Position numbers and translations under genes: made by a program. The notes under the pieces were generated by a model. That model saw only the letters and a program-made list of their open reading frames with translations, did not search any database and was not told the origin of the DNA. DNA of 63,941 nt, the filler included. It is 18 parts of 18 records of this genome, joined end to end, with 100 filler letters (N's around TTAATTAATTAA, not from the genome) between each part and the next. Parts side by side here need not be neighbours in the genome. Positions count along the whole stretch, not along the records: positions 1 to 6,031 come from SRR11831580_2367; positions 6,132 to 8,535 come from SRR11831580_2394; positions 8,636 to 11,917 come from SRR11831580_2397; 15 more parts are not named here. One strand, written 5' to 3'. Below are positions 1-10,403 of this stretch, in pieces (position 1 is the stretch's first letter; every line of letters begins with the position of its first letter).

Positions 1-1488
1 GCTGACGGTCAGTTTGTTTGATTTTGCTTTAGCCAGGGCTTTTTCATCACTGCTGCATTTGGCCAGCCCGATATCCTGTCCCCAGCCGCTGTCCTTACAG
101 CAGTTGCTGTATCCGGCTGCAGCCTTCTTACAAAATTTCGCCTGACCGGTGAAAGCACGGACATCCACCCCGTTCAGCGCCGCAACATCCTTACCTGCTG
201 CGGCCAGTGCCGCCAGCTGAGAAACGGCTTCGGCAAAATCATTACTCTTCCCGCTCTGAGCCTTATCGCATTCGCCATCGAGACAGAAGACGTCTCCCCC
301 ACAGACCATCACTTTCCCGGATGTTTTTGACTCACAGGAGTACGTGGCATATTCATGCAGACAGGCACCTTCTTCGGAGTAAAAGGCGCACTGGTGTGAC
401 ACCAGGGTACAGGCAGGATTGTCGGTGTAGGTCTGACAGGTTCCCTTGTCTGCTGACTGTGTGACATACGTGTCCCGGTATGCCCAGCAGCTCTGGTACA
501 TGCTGTATGACTGACCGTCTTTCACCAGCGTCCTGTTCCCGCCAGCCTCCGTACATTCTGTTTTTGTCAGTTTCCCCAGCTCCTTGCTGAACGGGCAGCT
601 TTCAGACCAGACAACATACGGGGTGTACGAGGCTTTTTTTACCCTGACAACCAGACGCAGCTTCATTGCCGTATGACGTTTGAATTTTGTATTCCCGACC
701 CGGACGGGGTGAGATGACGTAAAAGCAACACCGGCCGTCAGTGTTTTCTGTACTGGTGTAAATGAGGCATCTGCTGAGTATTTGGCATTCCAGCTCAGTG
801 GGGTTCCCAGTACTGTAATTGTCATAGGTACACTCTTCTGCAGGTAAGTACGACTCCAGCTGTAATGCGCATCGACAATTTCACCGGTAACGGGAGAGGT
901 AATGGAGACAACATACTGACCATTCACTTCACGTGCAGGTAGCTGACTCATTTCATACTCCAGCGTCCGGGTTTCCCATGTGGTACTCCCCTGCAGCTCC
1001 ATACGGGCAGTTCGTGTGCAGTACTGCTCCACCTGTAAATCCCGCTCACAGGTGTAATTCGTGTATTCACTCCGGCTAATCTCCTGCGCACTGCACTGCT
1101 GCCCGGTGTTTCCCACAATGCTGTCAGCCCGGTTCACCACATCCCTGCCGGTCTGGATAAACGGTGCATCCGGTGAAAGAATGTCTTTCGGCTTGTTCAT
1201 GAAGGACTCTGTGATGGTTTTTCCGGTTTCACCGGTCGCCCATTCCGTGGTGCCGTCATTTTTCAGGCCGCCATCCCCGCCGGCAGTCACGCCACCGTAG
1301 TATTTTGTCTCGTCCGGATTCGCGTTATAGCCGGGGATACTCTCCTGTGGCTTAAAGCCCTGAATACTGCTGCTTCCCTGTCCTTTGATCTGGTGAGCAA
1401 AATCAGAGCCGGCCCGGTAATCACTGTTGCTGTCAGCCTGTGCCATGCCGGCAACCAGAGCCAGTATCAGAGGTAAAATACGTTTCAT
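1..1488 (-). CDS. traN: F plasmid mating-pair stabilisation protein TraN, 3' part runs off the window
   Basis: ATG at 1488 reads MKRILPLILALVAGMAQADSNSDYRAGSDFAHQIKGQGSSSIQGFKPQESIPGY; Cys-rich C-terminal half; follows trbC as in F tra order; absent from ORF track, consistent with no in-frame stop inside the window. Confidence 0.93.
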   Translation of the reverse strand, partial: MKRILPLILALVAGMAQADSNSDYRAGSDFAHQIKGQGSSSIQGFKPQESIPGYNANPDETKYYGGVTAGGDGGLKNDGTTEWATGETGKTITESFMNKPKDILSPDAPFIQTGRDVVNRADSIVGNTGQQCSAQEISRSEYTNYTCERDLQVEQYCTRTARMELQGSTTWETRTLEYEMSQLPAREVNGQYVVSITSPVTGEIVDAHYSWSRTYLQKSVPMTITVLGTPLSWNAKYSADASFTPVQKTLTAGVAFTSSHPVRVGNTKFKRHTAMKLRLVVRVKKASYTPYVVWSESCPFSKELGKLTKTECTEAGGNRTLVKDGQSYSMYQSCWAYRDTYVTQSADKGTCQTYTDNPACTLVSHQCAFYSEEGACLHEYATYSCESKTSGKVMVCGGDVFCLDGECDKAQSGKSNDFAEAVSQLAALAAAGKDVAALNGVDVRAFTGQAKFCKKAAAGYSNCCKDSGWGQDIGLAKCSSDEKALAKAKSNKLTVS

Positions 1489-2122
1489 TTCCCGGAATCT
1501 CCTTTCCCTGCCAGTAAATCATGAGCCACCTGCCGGCAGTCACCCGTGGCGGCCACTTTCTCCAGCGCCTGGCCGACCCGCAGGTTTCCCCGGATGATGT
1601 CGTATCCCTGACTGCAGAACACCACCAGTGCCGGTACAGTGCGAATGCCGTACTGTGAAAACAGCGTCGGGTCGATCTGAACACCATCAGTCGCGCCGTC
1701 TTTCACCAGGGACAACACAGCTTCAGCGGTGGTCTTCAGGTCATTGTTCACCATGCCCCGCAGTGTGGCCGGAATACCGAAGTGCCGGGTTTCGCCCAGC
1801 ATTCGTTTCAGCCCCTCTTCGGGAATGGAAAACGACACAAAATACAGAGCACCCTGCCGGGGTTTCCCGTCCTGCGAAGCCTGCTGTTTACGAACCAGCT
1901 CATCCAGGAAATGGTTATCTGAACGCTGAAGGGGGTTTTCCAGCACCTGTTTCTCCGCCCAGGCTTTCAGCTGATGGTCAGGTTTTTCACGCAGTTGTCT
2001 GCTTAAATTTCCTGCTGCTTCAGGAACTGGCGGTTTTCAGGAGTGTTCACGTTTTCTGACGCCATAACCGCCCCGTTCAGCATCATCAGCAGTGCTGCCA
2101 GAGATTTCATACTCAGCTTCAT
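1485..2122 (-). CDS. trbC: F pilus assembly protein TrbC with a -1 frameshift at a homopolymer near 2008-2010 (likely sequencing error)
   Basis: N-terminus MKLSMKSLAALLMMLNGAVMASENVNTPENRQFLKQQ from 2122; C-terminal ORF 1485..1946 (LYFVSFSIPEEGLKRML...IDPTLFSQYGIRTVPALVV); span 638 nt is not a multiple of 3. Confidence 0.9.
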
Positions 2123-2130
2123 CATTCACC

Positions 2131-3123
2131 TCACAGGAAGACACAGTTACGTTTACGCCACATCAGGTAGCCGAAGTTTTTCTTTGTGTTGGGCGGATTT
2201 TTCCCGGTTTCCCAGCGGGTCACGCTGCGCCCGAACGGGTGGCACTGCCCGCTGTCCGGATACATATTCACCATCTGGTAACGCCAGCGTTCTTTGGGCA
2301 GGATTGGGGACGGATATTCATTACAGACGGCGTTATTTTTCCCGATGGTTTCCATAATCATGCCCTGACGGTGCAGCTTGAACGCCATGCGTTCACTGAC
2401 CAGCAGGGAGGACTGCAACGGACTGGACTCATTACTCACCCAGCCATTGAACGGGTACATACTTCCCTGCGAACCGGCACACCAGAACAGAACATCGAGA
2501 GGCATATTAAAGGCGCTGGCAATCGCATCTGCTGCGCAGGCTCCCTGTGCTATCGGATTGGCAAAGATGACAGCTTCCGGATTGAGAATGGTGGTCAGGC
2601 TGCTGTCCGTCCAGGTGGGGTCGATTTCAGAAAGATAAGCGATATCCATGTCACCACCTTCCAGACAGCCCAGCGATGTGATGATGTTCAGCCAGTACGT
2701 CAGCGGGTATTTGTACCAGTGAACGTGATAGAACGCCCCATTTACCTGCTTCTCATCCTTTTTCGCCGTTCCCTGTGCCGTTTTACCAAAAGCCGGCAGG
2801 CTGAAGCCCAGGTTCACCATGCATCCCGGTGACCGGGTGACGTCCGTCAACGCCATCGGCTCCCAGTAACCAATGGCCAGCCCGATACGCCTGAACAGCG
2901 GCGGCGGTGCCGGACAAATCTGAATGGGCATCGACGGGTTCGCCGTGTCGGGGACCTTGCCCTGACTGACTTTGATACTGCCCAGCGAGAGCGGGAAAAT
3001 ACAGCTCCAGCAGATATCTGTGATCGGGTTTACAAAACGCCCCTCACAGGCAGAATCCGCAGACGCCGCAGGGACATGACCGGCGAAAAGGAATAACATC
3101 AGCAGCCACAGCCTTCGCTTCAT
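2131..3123 (-). CDS. traU: F conjugal transfer protein TraU
   Basis: 330-aa ORF with signal peptide, CEGRFVNPITDICWSCIFP and C-terminal WRKRNCVFL; synteny. Confidence 0.97.
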   Translation of the reverse strand: MKRRLWLLMLFLFAGHVPAASADSACEGRFVNPITDICWSCIFPLSLGSIKVSQGKVPDTANPSMPIQICPAPPPLFRRIGLAIGYWEPMALTDVTRSPGCMVNLGFSLPAFGKTAQGTAKKDEKQVNGAFYHVHWYKYPLTYWLNIITSLGCLEGGDMDIAYLSEIDPTWTDSSLTTILNPEAVIFANPIAQGACAADAIASAFNMPLDVLFWCAGSQGSMYPFNGWVSNESSPLQSSLLVSERMAFKLHRQGMIMETIGKNNAVCNEYPSPILPKERWRYQMVNMYPDSGQCHPFGRSVTRWETGKNPPNTKKNFGYLMWRKRNCVFL

Positions 3124-3752
3124 TTTCTGCCCTCCTCTGCCGGAATAAATTCCACCTTCAGGAAGCGATCGCCGGGAACGGCGCTCACCCGTGCCGGGAC
3201 CTGATCAATGCCGAGGCGCTGGCAGAGCACACCGTTCTGGTCAAAGTAAACACGGCTGTCCAGAGACTTCTGCATCTCCGGGATACTGCCCTGCACGAGG
3301 ATAATTTTGCTCTCCAGTGTGGGCGGCGTCTGGCGTTTCATCCAGGCCACCTGCGCCGGATCATCGCCATTGATGAAATACAGCGTCTGGTTAAAAGGAA
3401 CATACTGCAGCGGATTCATCACTTCACCCTGACGGGCAAACACCCGCCCTTCGTTATCCCGGATATCCGCAGCCAGTCTGACGGACGGGTCAAACAACCG
3501 GCTGCCGTATTTCTCCGTGCGTCCGATACCGGGCACGGCAGGGGGCCGCAGACTGTTGCGGATCACCCGCTCCTTAAAGGCATCCATTTTCCGGCCCATC
3601 TCACCGGACTGCTCCAGTGCCGTCAGGCGCTGCATGATCACCGTCAGCATGTCCGGCTCCTTTACCGGCCACAGATCGCCCCAGGTACCAAGATCGGCGG
3701 CGGCCACACTCTGCCCCCATATCAGCAGGGCAATCAGCCCCCGGCATCTCAT
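3120..3752 (-). CDS. traW: F pilus assembly protein TraW
   Basis: MRCRGLIALLIWGQSVAAADLGTWGDLWPVKEPDML from ATG 3752; between trbI and traU. Confidence 0.95.
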   Translation of the reverse strand: MRCRGLIALLIWGQSVAAADLGTWGDLWPVKEPDMLTVIMQRLTALEQSGEMGRKMDAFKERVIRNSLRPPAVPGIGRTEKYGSRLFDPSVRLAADIRDNEGRVFARQGEVMNPLQYVPFNQTLYFINGDDPAQVAWMKRQTPPTLESKIILVQGSIPEMQKSLDSRVYFDQNGVLCQRLGIDQVPARVSAVPGDRFLKVEFIPAEEGRK

Positions 3753-4135
3753 GGTTCCGCCCTCATTCGCCGGGCAATATCCTGCTGGATTTCCCGGGTG
3801 ATATCCGGTGCCCCCTGTACCACAGCAGGCGACACCAGAATGACCGCGTGGTGTTTCTGCTGCCACGCCTGCAGGCTGGCTTCCAGTGCCGTGTTAAAAC
3901 GCGCTGAAAGGGCTTTTGACTGCGCTTCTGACAGTTGTTTCTGACTGGCGCTGTCAAAAAACGCATCCACGGTCTGTTTCATGTTGAAGGCGACAGTCAC
4001 CGGTGCGTTCAGTCTGACAATGCCGTAACTGACGGCTGCGTTCAGTAACACCATTGCCAGGCATCCCGGCACCGTCCACCACCAGTGGCTGCGTCGTTCT
4101 GCCGTGACGTCGGCGGGTTTCTGCGTTGAACTCAT
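3749..4135 (-). CDS. trbI: F conjugation protein TrbI
   Basis: 128-aa ORF MSSTQKPADVTAERRSHWWW with one TM segment; synteny. Confidence 0.95.
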   Translation of the reverse strand: MSSTQKPADVTAERRSHWWWTVPGCLAMVLLNAAVSYGIVRLNAPVTVAFNMKQTVDAFFDSASQKQLSEAQSKALSARFNTALEASLQAWQQKHHAVILVSPAVVQGAPDITREIQQDIARRMRAEP

Positions 4136-6031
4136 GCCACACTCCTGTATTTCTCATGTTCTTCCAGCCAGGCTTCCAGCGAAGCCATTTCCGGCCCTGA
4201 CTTCTTCCACGCCAGCTGCCACACTGCCTCATGAATACTCAGCCCCTCTTTACGCTTCTGCTGCACAAACTCAAAATCCGGGCCGTCAGAGCTGTACATG
4301 GCGCGGCTTAACGGGTCCACAAACAGACGGTGCCAGGAGGAATGGTTTTCCACCTGCAGCAGGAAGGAACTGAACCACTGGTCTTTGGCCGCACCAAACT
4401 TACCAATCATGTCGCGCTGCAGTGGCAGGAACTGGTCCGGATACAGTTGGTTGTATTTCGCGAACTCCTTCGCACTCTGTTTGAGGATAATTTTGTAGGA
4501 GGAGTTACCCCATGCCGCGCGGGCAGCACTGGAGGCCTTATCAGAGTCAAAGTCGACGATGTTCTGTGTGATGGTGATATAGGCACCGGTATGACGGCGG
4601 GCCGTACGGTAGCCTTTCTCAATAAATTCACCGACCTTGTGATTTTTGAAGTCCAGCAGACGCCAGCCTTCATCAATAACGTTCAGTTTCTTGAGGTTAC
4701 GCGGCGTGCGGTACATCCTGTTCTCGATGTAGATAATCAGGGAGAACATCACCGCAACCAGCAGTGACGGACGGTCTTCCAGTCCGCCCAGCTCCAGCAC
4801 CACCATTTTTGCGTCATCCCGCAGGGACGGCTCATCAGAGTTAAAATACTGGCCGTAAGTGCCGTTGGCAGTGTACTGGTCAAGCAGCACAATCATTTCG
4901 TCCAGACGGCTGCGGATAGTCGGTGACTCGGCATACTGCTCGCTGTCACTGGCGTTTTTCAGGAAATCCACCACGTCATCAATACGTGCTCTGTTCTCTT
5001 TGGCCAGCCAGGAGGCTCTGACCGCCTGCAACAGCAGACCTTCATGCACTTCATCCAGGTTACCGTTGGGGCTGGCCATCACTGACAACTGGTCACGGAC
5101 ACGCTCCGCTGACTGGTCAATATCGGTGATGTTCGCAAACGGGTTAAAACGCAGGGTTTCACCGTCCAGATACACCCCGCCCATGTTCTCACACAGGGAC
5201 TTGTATCCATCCCCCATGTCGAACACCACGGCAAAGCCTCCGGAGTCCAGCACGCTGCGGATAAGTGGCTGTATCAGCCCGGTTTTACCGGCCCCGGAGG
5301 TGCCACAGACCGCCATGTTATAGTTGGTGTTATTCATCCCCCGGAAGAAAATATCGATAAACGCCAGCTGGTTACGGTAGGTGGGTGCCAGCAGACCTGC
5401 CGGTGTCAGGGGGTTATCCGCCACTAACGGCATCAGGTTGGCCACATTAAAGCTCTCTGCGCGCTGTACCACTCCGGCCTCTTTCAGCTGTTTAAACAAC
5501 CCTTTCCCGGCCATAAAGGGCAGACAGGTCAGGAAATTGCGCATGTGGTTAAAGCGCGGTGAAATCAGCTCAAAACCGTTTTTACGGAAGCTGTTCAGGA
5601 TGTCCTGCTCCACTTCCAGTGCCGTTTCATTATTGTCCTTGCAGAAGGCTGTGATGTTGAGGAAGTAGGACACGACAGAGGACTGACCGGAGCCCAGCCG
5701 CTGACGCAGTTCCCCCCACTCCTTCGCCTCTTTCTCCACGGACGGAAACCATTTGGCATAGGAGGTCTTCGACTTTTTCTCCAGGTCCATGTACTTCAGG
5801 TTGGCTTCGCTGTGGGTTTTCACCTGGTCTTCCACCACCAGAGTCAGCGTCAGGATGAACGGACAGGAGATGGACAGTTCCGGGTTCAGCAGGTTGCTGT
5901 AGTTGTCGGCCATGTTCCACAGGAAGGCGATTTCCGGGTTACGGGCCAGATGGAAATTCAGGATGCGGGCCGTGCTGTTCCTGCCGTTCTCACGCAGGCC
6001 CAGTGTCAGGTAATCAGCCCGAACTTTCAGA
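4132..6031 (-). CDS. traC: F pilus assembly ATPase TraC (VirB4 family), 5'-truncated by contig end
   Basis: Walker A GTSGAGKT, Walker B NVIDEGW, C-terminus HEKYRSVA. Confidence 0.96.
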
Positions 6032-6131
6032 NNNNNNNNNNNNNNNNNNNNNNNNNNNNNNNNNNNNNNNNNNNNTTAATTAATTAANNNNNNNNNNNNN
6101 NNNNNNNNNNNNNNNNNNNNNNNNNNNNNNN
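6032..6131. other. Artificial contig spacer 44N-TTAATTAATTAA-44N (first of 17; others start at 8536, 11918, 16422, 18843, 22897, 25306, 27632, 31632, 37770, 40082, 43109, 45438, 50632, 56943, 59317, 61759)
   Basis: Identical 100-nt block each time; the core gives stop codons in all six frames; flanking sequences come from unrelated loci or organisms. Confidence 0.98.
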
Positions 6132-6143
6132 GTGGAGTTAGTG

Positions 6144-6839
6144 ATGCTGAAGCGTTTCTTTATTACCGGTACAGACACTTCTGTAGGGAAAACGGTGGTT
6201 TCCCGCGCATTGCTACAAGCGTTAGCCTCCCAGGGAAAAACGGTTGCGGGATATAAACCCGTAGCGAAGGGGAGCAAAGAGACACCCGAAGGGCTGCGTA
6301 ATAAAGATGCCCTGGTGTTGCAGAGTGTTTCAACCATCGAACTGCCTTATGAAGCAGTTAATCCTATCGCGTTAAGCGAAGAAGAAAGTAGCGTGGCGCA
6401 CAGTTGCCCAATCAATTACACCCTCATTTCAAACGGCCTGGCAAACCTGACCGAAAAAGTCGATCATGTCGTGGTAGAAGGGACTGGCGGCTGGCGCAGT
6501 CTGATGAATGATTTGCGTCCACTCTCTGAATGGGTAGTGCAGGAACAACTGCCGGTGTTGATGGTTGTCGGTATTCAGGAAGGTTGCATTAACCATGCAC
6601 TGCTAACAGCTCAGGCGATCGCCAACGACGGGCTGCCGCTCATTGGCTGGGTGGCTAACCGAATCAACCCAGGACTGGCGCATTATGCGGAAATCATTGA
6701 TGTGCTGGGTAAAAAACTTCCGGCACCGCTCATTGGTGAACTGCCTTATCTGCCGCGCGCCGAACAGCGTGAACTGGGGCAATACATCCGCTTAGCTATG
6801 CTGCGCAGTGTGCTGGCGGTAGATAGAGTCACGGTGTAA
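6144..6839 (+). CDS. ynfK: Dethiobiotin synthetase paralog YnfK (BioD2)
   Basis: [13 protein letters not shown]-loop, VVEGTGG motif; next to clcB as in E. coli. Confidence 0.95.
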
Positions 6840-8048
6840 CGTCCGCGAAATTACCGACGCAATTACGCAGGCAATCAATAAACCGGGGAGTAGCTGATAC
6901 TCCCCGGTCATTTCACATATCATCAACGTCGACATAATCGGCGCGTGCGTGGTCGCCGCCAACAGTGTCGCCATCCCGGTCAATCCGAGTAAAAGTGTAA
7001 TTTCTTCGCCATCAGGGAACCATAATCCCAGGCTACGACCATACAACATGCCAATGGCAAGACCGATAAATAGCGTCGGTGTAAAGACCCCACCGGGTGC
7101 GCCGGAACCGCTACTCGCCAGCACGGCACACAGTTTACAAAGGAAGATCCCGGCAATGATCATTAACAGTGGTGGGGCGGTTAAAAAGGATTGTACGGTG
7201 CTATAGCCGTTGCCCCACACTGCAGGTGTGAACAGGGAAAGCAGACCCACGATCAACCCGCCTAGTGCCAGTTGCCAGGGCGGCGCAAGTTTGAGACTCA
7301 CAAATCCACGATGACAGGCGTTCATTAACGTTAACAACAGTGGTCCGCACAGACCTGCCAGCACACCTGTACTGATAATCAGCGCATAGTCACGAGCCTG
7401 AACCGTCACTGAGAGTTGTACGTTGTAGAGTAACGCGTCGCTATGATTAATCAGATTGCTAACCAGCAATGCCACGACGGCGGAAATAATCACCGGGCCG
7501 AGAGAGGCCAACATCATAGTGCCAAACAGCACTTCGGCTATAAATAAACTGCCAGCAAGCGGGGCACGATAGGCCGCAGCCATTCCCGCCGCGGCCCCAC
7601 AGGCGATCCATAATTTCCACTCCTGGCGTGGCGTAAAACGTTGGGCAAAACAGGAGGCGGCAAGGGCAGCTAAAAGAATCATCGCACCTTCGCGACCAAT
7701 TGCACTGCCGCTGGTTACTACCAGCAGAGAGGCAAGCGATTTAACCAGGCTTGCTGCGTAATCGAACTGTCCATCGGTTTGCAACGCTTCCATATAATCG
7801 GTCGGCGCATGAGGGCGTTGTTGGGTAAATTTCTGCCAGCCCATCAGCAACAAACCCGCCGCCAGTCCGCCGAGCGCCGGAGTTAGCAACCGTCGCCAGG
7901 GGGAAAGGTTTGTCGCTGCATTGACCAGACTGCCGGAGTCATTATTGAGGAACAACCACTCCAGTAGCAGCATCGCATGACGAAACCCGGCAACGGCAAA
8001 GGCCGCGAGAATACCGACGACTGTTGCGATAAGCAGACGGTGGAACAT
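6792..8048 (-). CDS. clcB: Voltage-gated ClC-type chloride channel ClcB
   Basis: 418-aa hydrophobic [12 protein letters not shown] and GGVFTPTL ClC motifs. Confidence 0.95.
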   Translation of the reverse strand: MFHRLLIATVVGILAAFAVAGFRHAMLLLEWLFLNNDSGSLVNAATNLSPWRRLLTPALGGLAAGLLLMGWQKFTQQRPHAPTDYMEALQTDGQFDYAASLVKSLASLLVVTSGSAIGREGAMILLAALAASCFAQRFTPRQEWKLWIACGAAAGMAAAYRAPLAGSLFIAEVLFGTMMLASLGPVIISAVVALLVSNLINHSDALLYNVQLSVTVQARDYALIISTGVLAGLCGPLLLTLMNACHRGFVSLKLAPPWQLALGGLIVGLLSLFTPAVWGNGYSTVQSFLTAPPLLMIIAGIFLCKLCAVLASSGSGAPGGVFTPTLFIGLAIGMLYGRSLGLWFPDGEEITLLLGLTGMATLLAATTHAPIMSTLMICEMTGEYQLLPGLLIACVIASVISRTLHRDSIYRQHTAQHS

Positions 8049-8242
8049 AGTGCGCAGATCCGGATAGATGTGTAGATGATGCATGAGCAGAAATGGGCAA
8101 TGAAACACGGGCGACTATTTTGCGGCAAAAGAGGCCAGCCGCAAAAGCAGTGCGTGCTTTAAGAGATAAAAAAACGTGACACTGTAACCTATTATTGCCG
8201 GATTGCGCGTAATCGTCACCATCCGGCAATATTACGGTGATC

Positions 8243-8535
8243 CTATCGAAACAGCGGTTTAACCGCGACAGGAATTAACAGTTGTGATTGCCATTGCGCC
8301 AGCGTTAAGCGAGCCAGTTCACCCAGTGCACGGTAGAAAGGGTGTTCTGCTTTTTCGATAAAAACATCAAGAAAACGTGTTGACCACGGAAAAAGGTGCC
8401 ATGCCAGCAATTCTTCGCATTCTGTCTGGCGACCATTCTCCGCCAACCACGCAGCCATCAACAGCAGTGAACCAAAATGATCTTCCGGTTCGTTTTGCTT
8501 CATTTCAAACTGAATGCCTTTCTCGCGCATCCACT
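8243..8535 (-). CDS. dmsD: Tat proofreading chaperone DmsD, 3' fragment
   Basis: EPEDHFGSLLL motif; C-terminus VAVKPLFR; upstream of clcB. Confidence 0.92.
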
Positions 8536-8635
8536 NNNNNNNNNNNNNNNNNNNNNNNNNNNNNNNNNNNNNNNNNNNNTTAATTAATTAANNNNNNNNN
8601 NNNNNNNNNNNNNNNNNNNNNNNNNNNNNNNNNNN

Positions 8636-9158
8636 CGTCTGCGCCCGGGCCCAAGGTGTACGAGGATGTCGGCCTGGTCCCTCAGAATGTGGCCGCCCAT
8701 GCACAGCGCTTGATGGCACGGTTTGCGCCGGGAAGTGCGCCGCCTGTGGGAAACGTGTGAGGGCGGTGCTGAGGAGTGTAGTCGTGTTGTTTGTGCTGTG
8801 ATGGCTGTTTGAGACGGGTGAGAGTTCGTAAAGACTGGTTGGTAATAATTTGCTCTCCTGTTCGGATCCCGGTGAAGGGGTACATGCTGCGCTACCTCCT
8901 GTACCGCGTCGATGTACGGTCACCGACGTACGCTGGCTGTTGTTCATACCAAAACCCACATACACATACAGACTCACTGACTCTCCTCGCGCGCATTCCC
9001 ACACTCTCTCACAGACCCAAACAGACCGTCCATCTCTCCAGCTGCTCTTCACTCAATCAACGTGCTCCTTCATGCCAGGGACTCACGGTATTGGTAGCTC
9101 GGTGCTGGAACAAGCTCTTGGCGATGTGCGAGCACACCAGGTTCGCTGTCTAACTTGA
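8636..9158 (+). CDS. 3' end of an unidentified spliced eukaryotic gene (about 3 exons)
   Basis: Coding-like stretches (SAPGPKVYEDVGLVPQNVAAHAQRLMARF / GYMLRYLLYRVDVRSPT / DRPSLQLLFTQSTC...VRCLT*) separated by GT-starting low-complexity intron-like tracts; exact splice sites uncertain. Confidence 0.35.
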
Positions 9159-9553
9159 CAGTCAACCCACACATGGTTGGGGTGGTAGCACTGGTGGTGT
9201 GATGTACTTTTTTTCAATACCTTGCTGCACATCTCGGCATGCCTTCACTCGATCACCGAAACATGCAAACCAGGTAGGCGCAGCGGGTGAGCATCAAGCC
9301 ATCGGTGCAGATAGCCGTGTTTGGATGCAGGCTAGCACAGCGTATGTCGAGATTATGAATATACACTATATAGAGTTGAGTCCCAAGAACAGAAGAGTAG
9401 GGAACTGCTTTTGAGAGAAGGCGAAACCGACATGAATATGCGTTGATGAGCAATTGTTCAAAACCAGGATGCGATAACGGTCTTACATTACTATCATACA
9501 CTCACATGAACCTATACAACTAGCACGCTCCCGATACACTTCCAAAGTTACAA

Positions 9554-10117
9554 TTACTGTGCAGCAAGCCGCTTCGCGACAGCGTGTGAGCGCTTGTAAC
9601 CTTTGTATCGATCGGGGTTGAAATTATCCAAATCACGAACATCCCGCCGCGCCTGCTCGGATTCCATTCGACGCTACACACAGAAATGAGCACGAACATG
9701 GTATACCGTGAGTCGCAATGCGACGGCTTGACGCGAAACGTGCGCAATACACAGAGACACGGCACGTATACCATGTACGCGAGAGCCATGCAACATACAT
9801 CTTGCTCTTCATCCGAGAGAGAAGTTGAGCCTTTCGCAGGTTTAACAGTGGGCTGCCGCTTGGTCGATGCGGATTGGGGCCTCGCAGGTGTAACGGGAAG
9901 AGATCCGGCACGGGACGGCACTCGAGACGGCCGTGGTTGAGGATTCCTTAATCTTCGTTCAAAGTCGTCAATATCTGTGCGGGAAAAATCAACAAGTTAA
10001 TGAAGGTCAACTCCTGTATGCTAACTGACCTCGAAACGTTTTCGGGGCTTCTTCCACTGCATTCTCTTTTCCTGTGTCCTCGAGACTGAGCGATGGAATA
10101 TCGAGATCGTCAGACAT
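9554..10117 (-). CDS. Small 3-exon eukaryotic gene, 127 aa, unknown function
   Basis: Exons 10117-10030, 9974-9799, 9673-9554; GT-AG introns of 55 and 125 nt; splices in frame to MSDDLDIPSLSLEDTGKENAVEEAPKTFRDIDDFERRLRN...AVAKRLAAQ*. Confidence 0.65.
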
Positions 10118-10403
10118 GTCGGGTGTATGAAAGAGAGAAATTCAAGACAATCAAAAGATTGAACTCCCAGTCACTGACTTTGAGATGAAAGATGAGTCCA
10201 CAGTCTGTGGAATTTGGATGTCGTGTTGATGAATTGTTCCCGCTCGTACGTCCGATTTTTGGCATGCGCCGCTATAGCAGCCAACGGGGAAAACGCCGCC
10301 ATTGCAACATCTGACAGCATCGAAGATTGCCGTTGGAACGATGTGTGCTCTTCAAGCAGCGCGCCAGCGAGATTTTCGTCATTCTCTCGGTGTTGCTGTC
10401 TAG

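Noticed and set aside
2001-2012. trbC inactivation
   Set aside because: One base missing from a homopolymer; the rest of the tra region is intact; likely sequencing error.
6076-6087. TTAATTAATTAA recurring 17 times as a biological repeat or CRISPR-like element
   Set aside because: Always centred in 88 Ns; a six-frame-stop assembly spacer.
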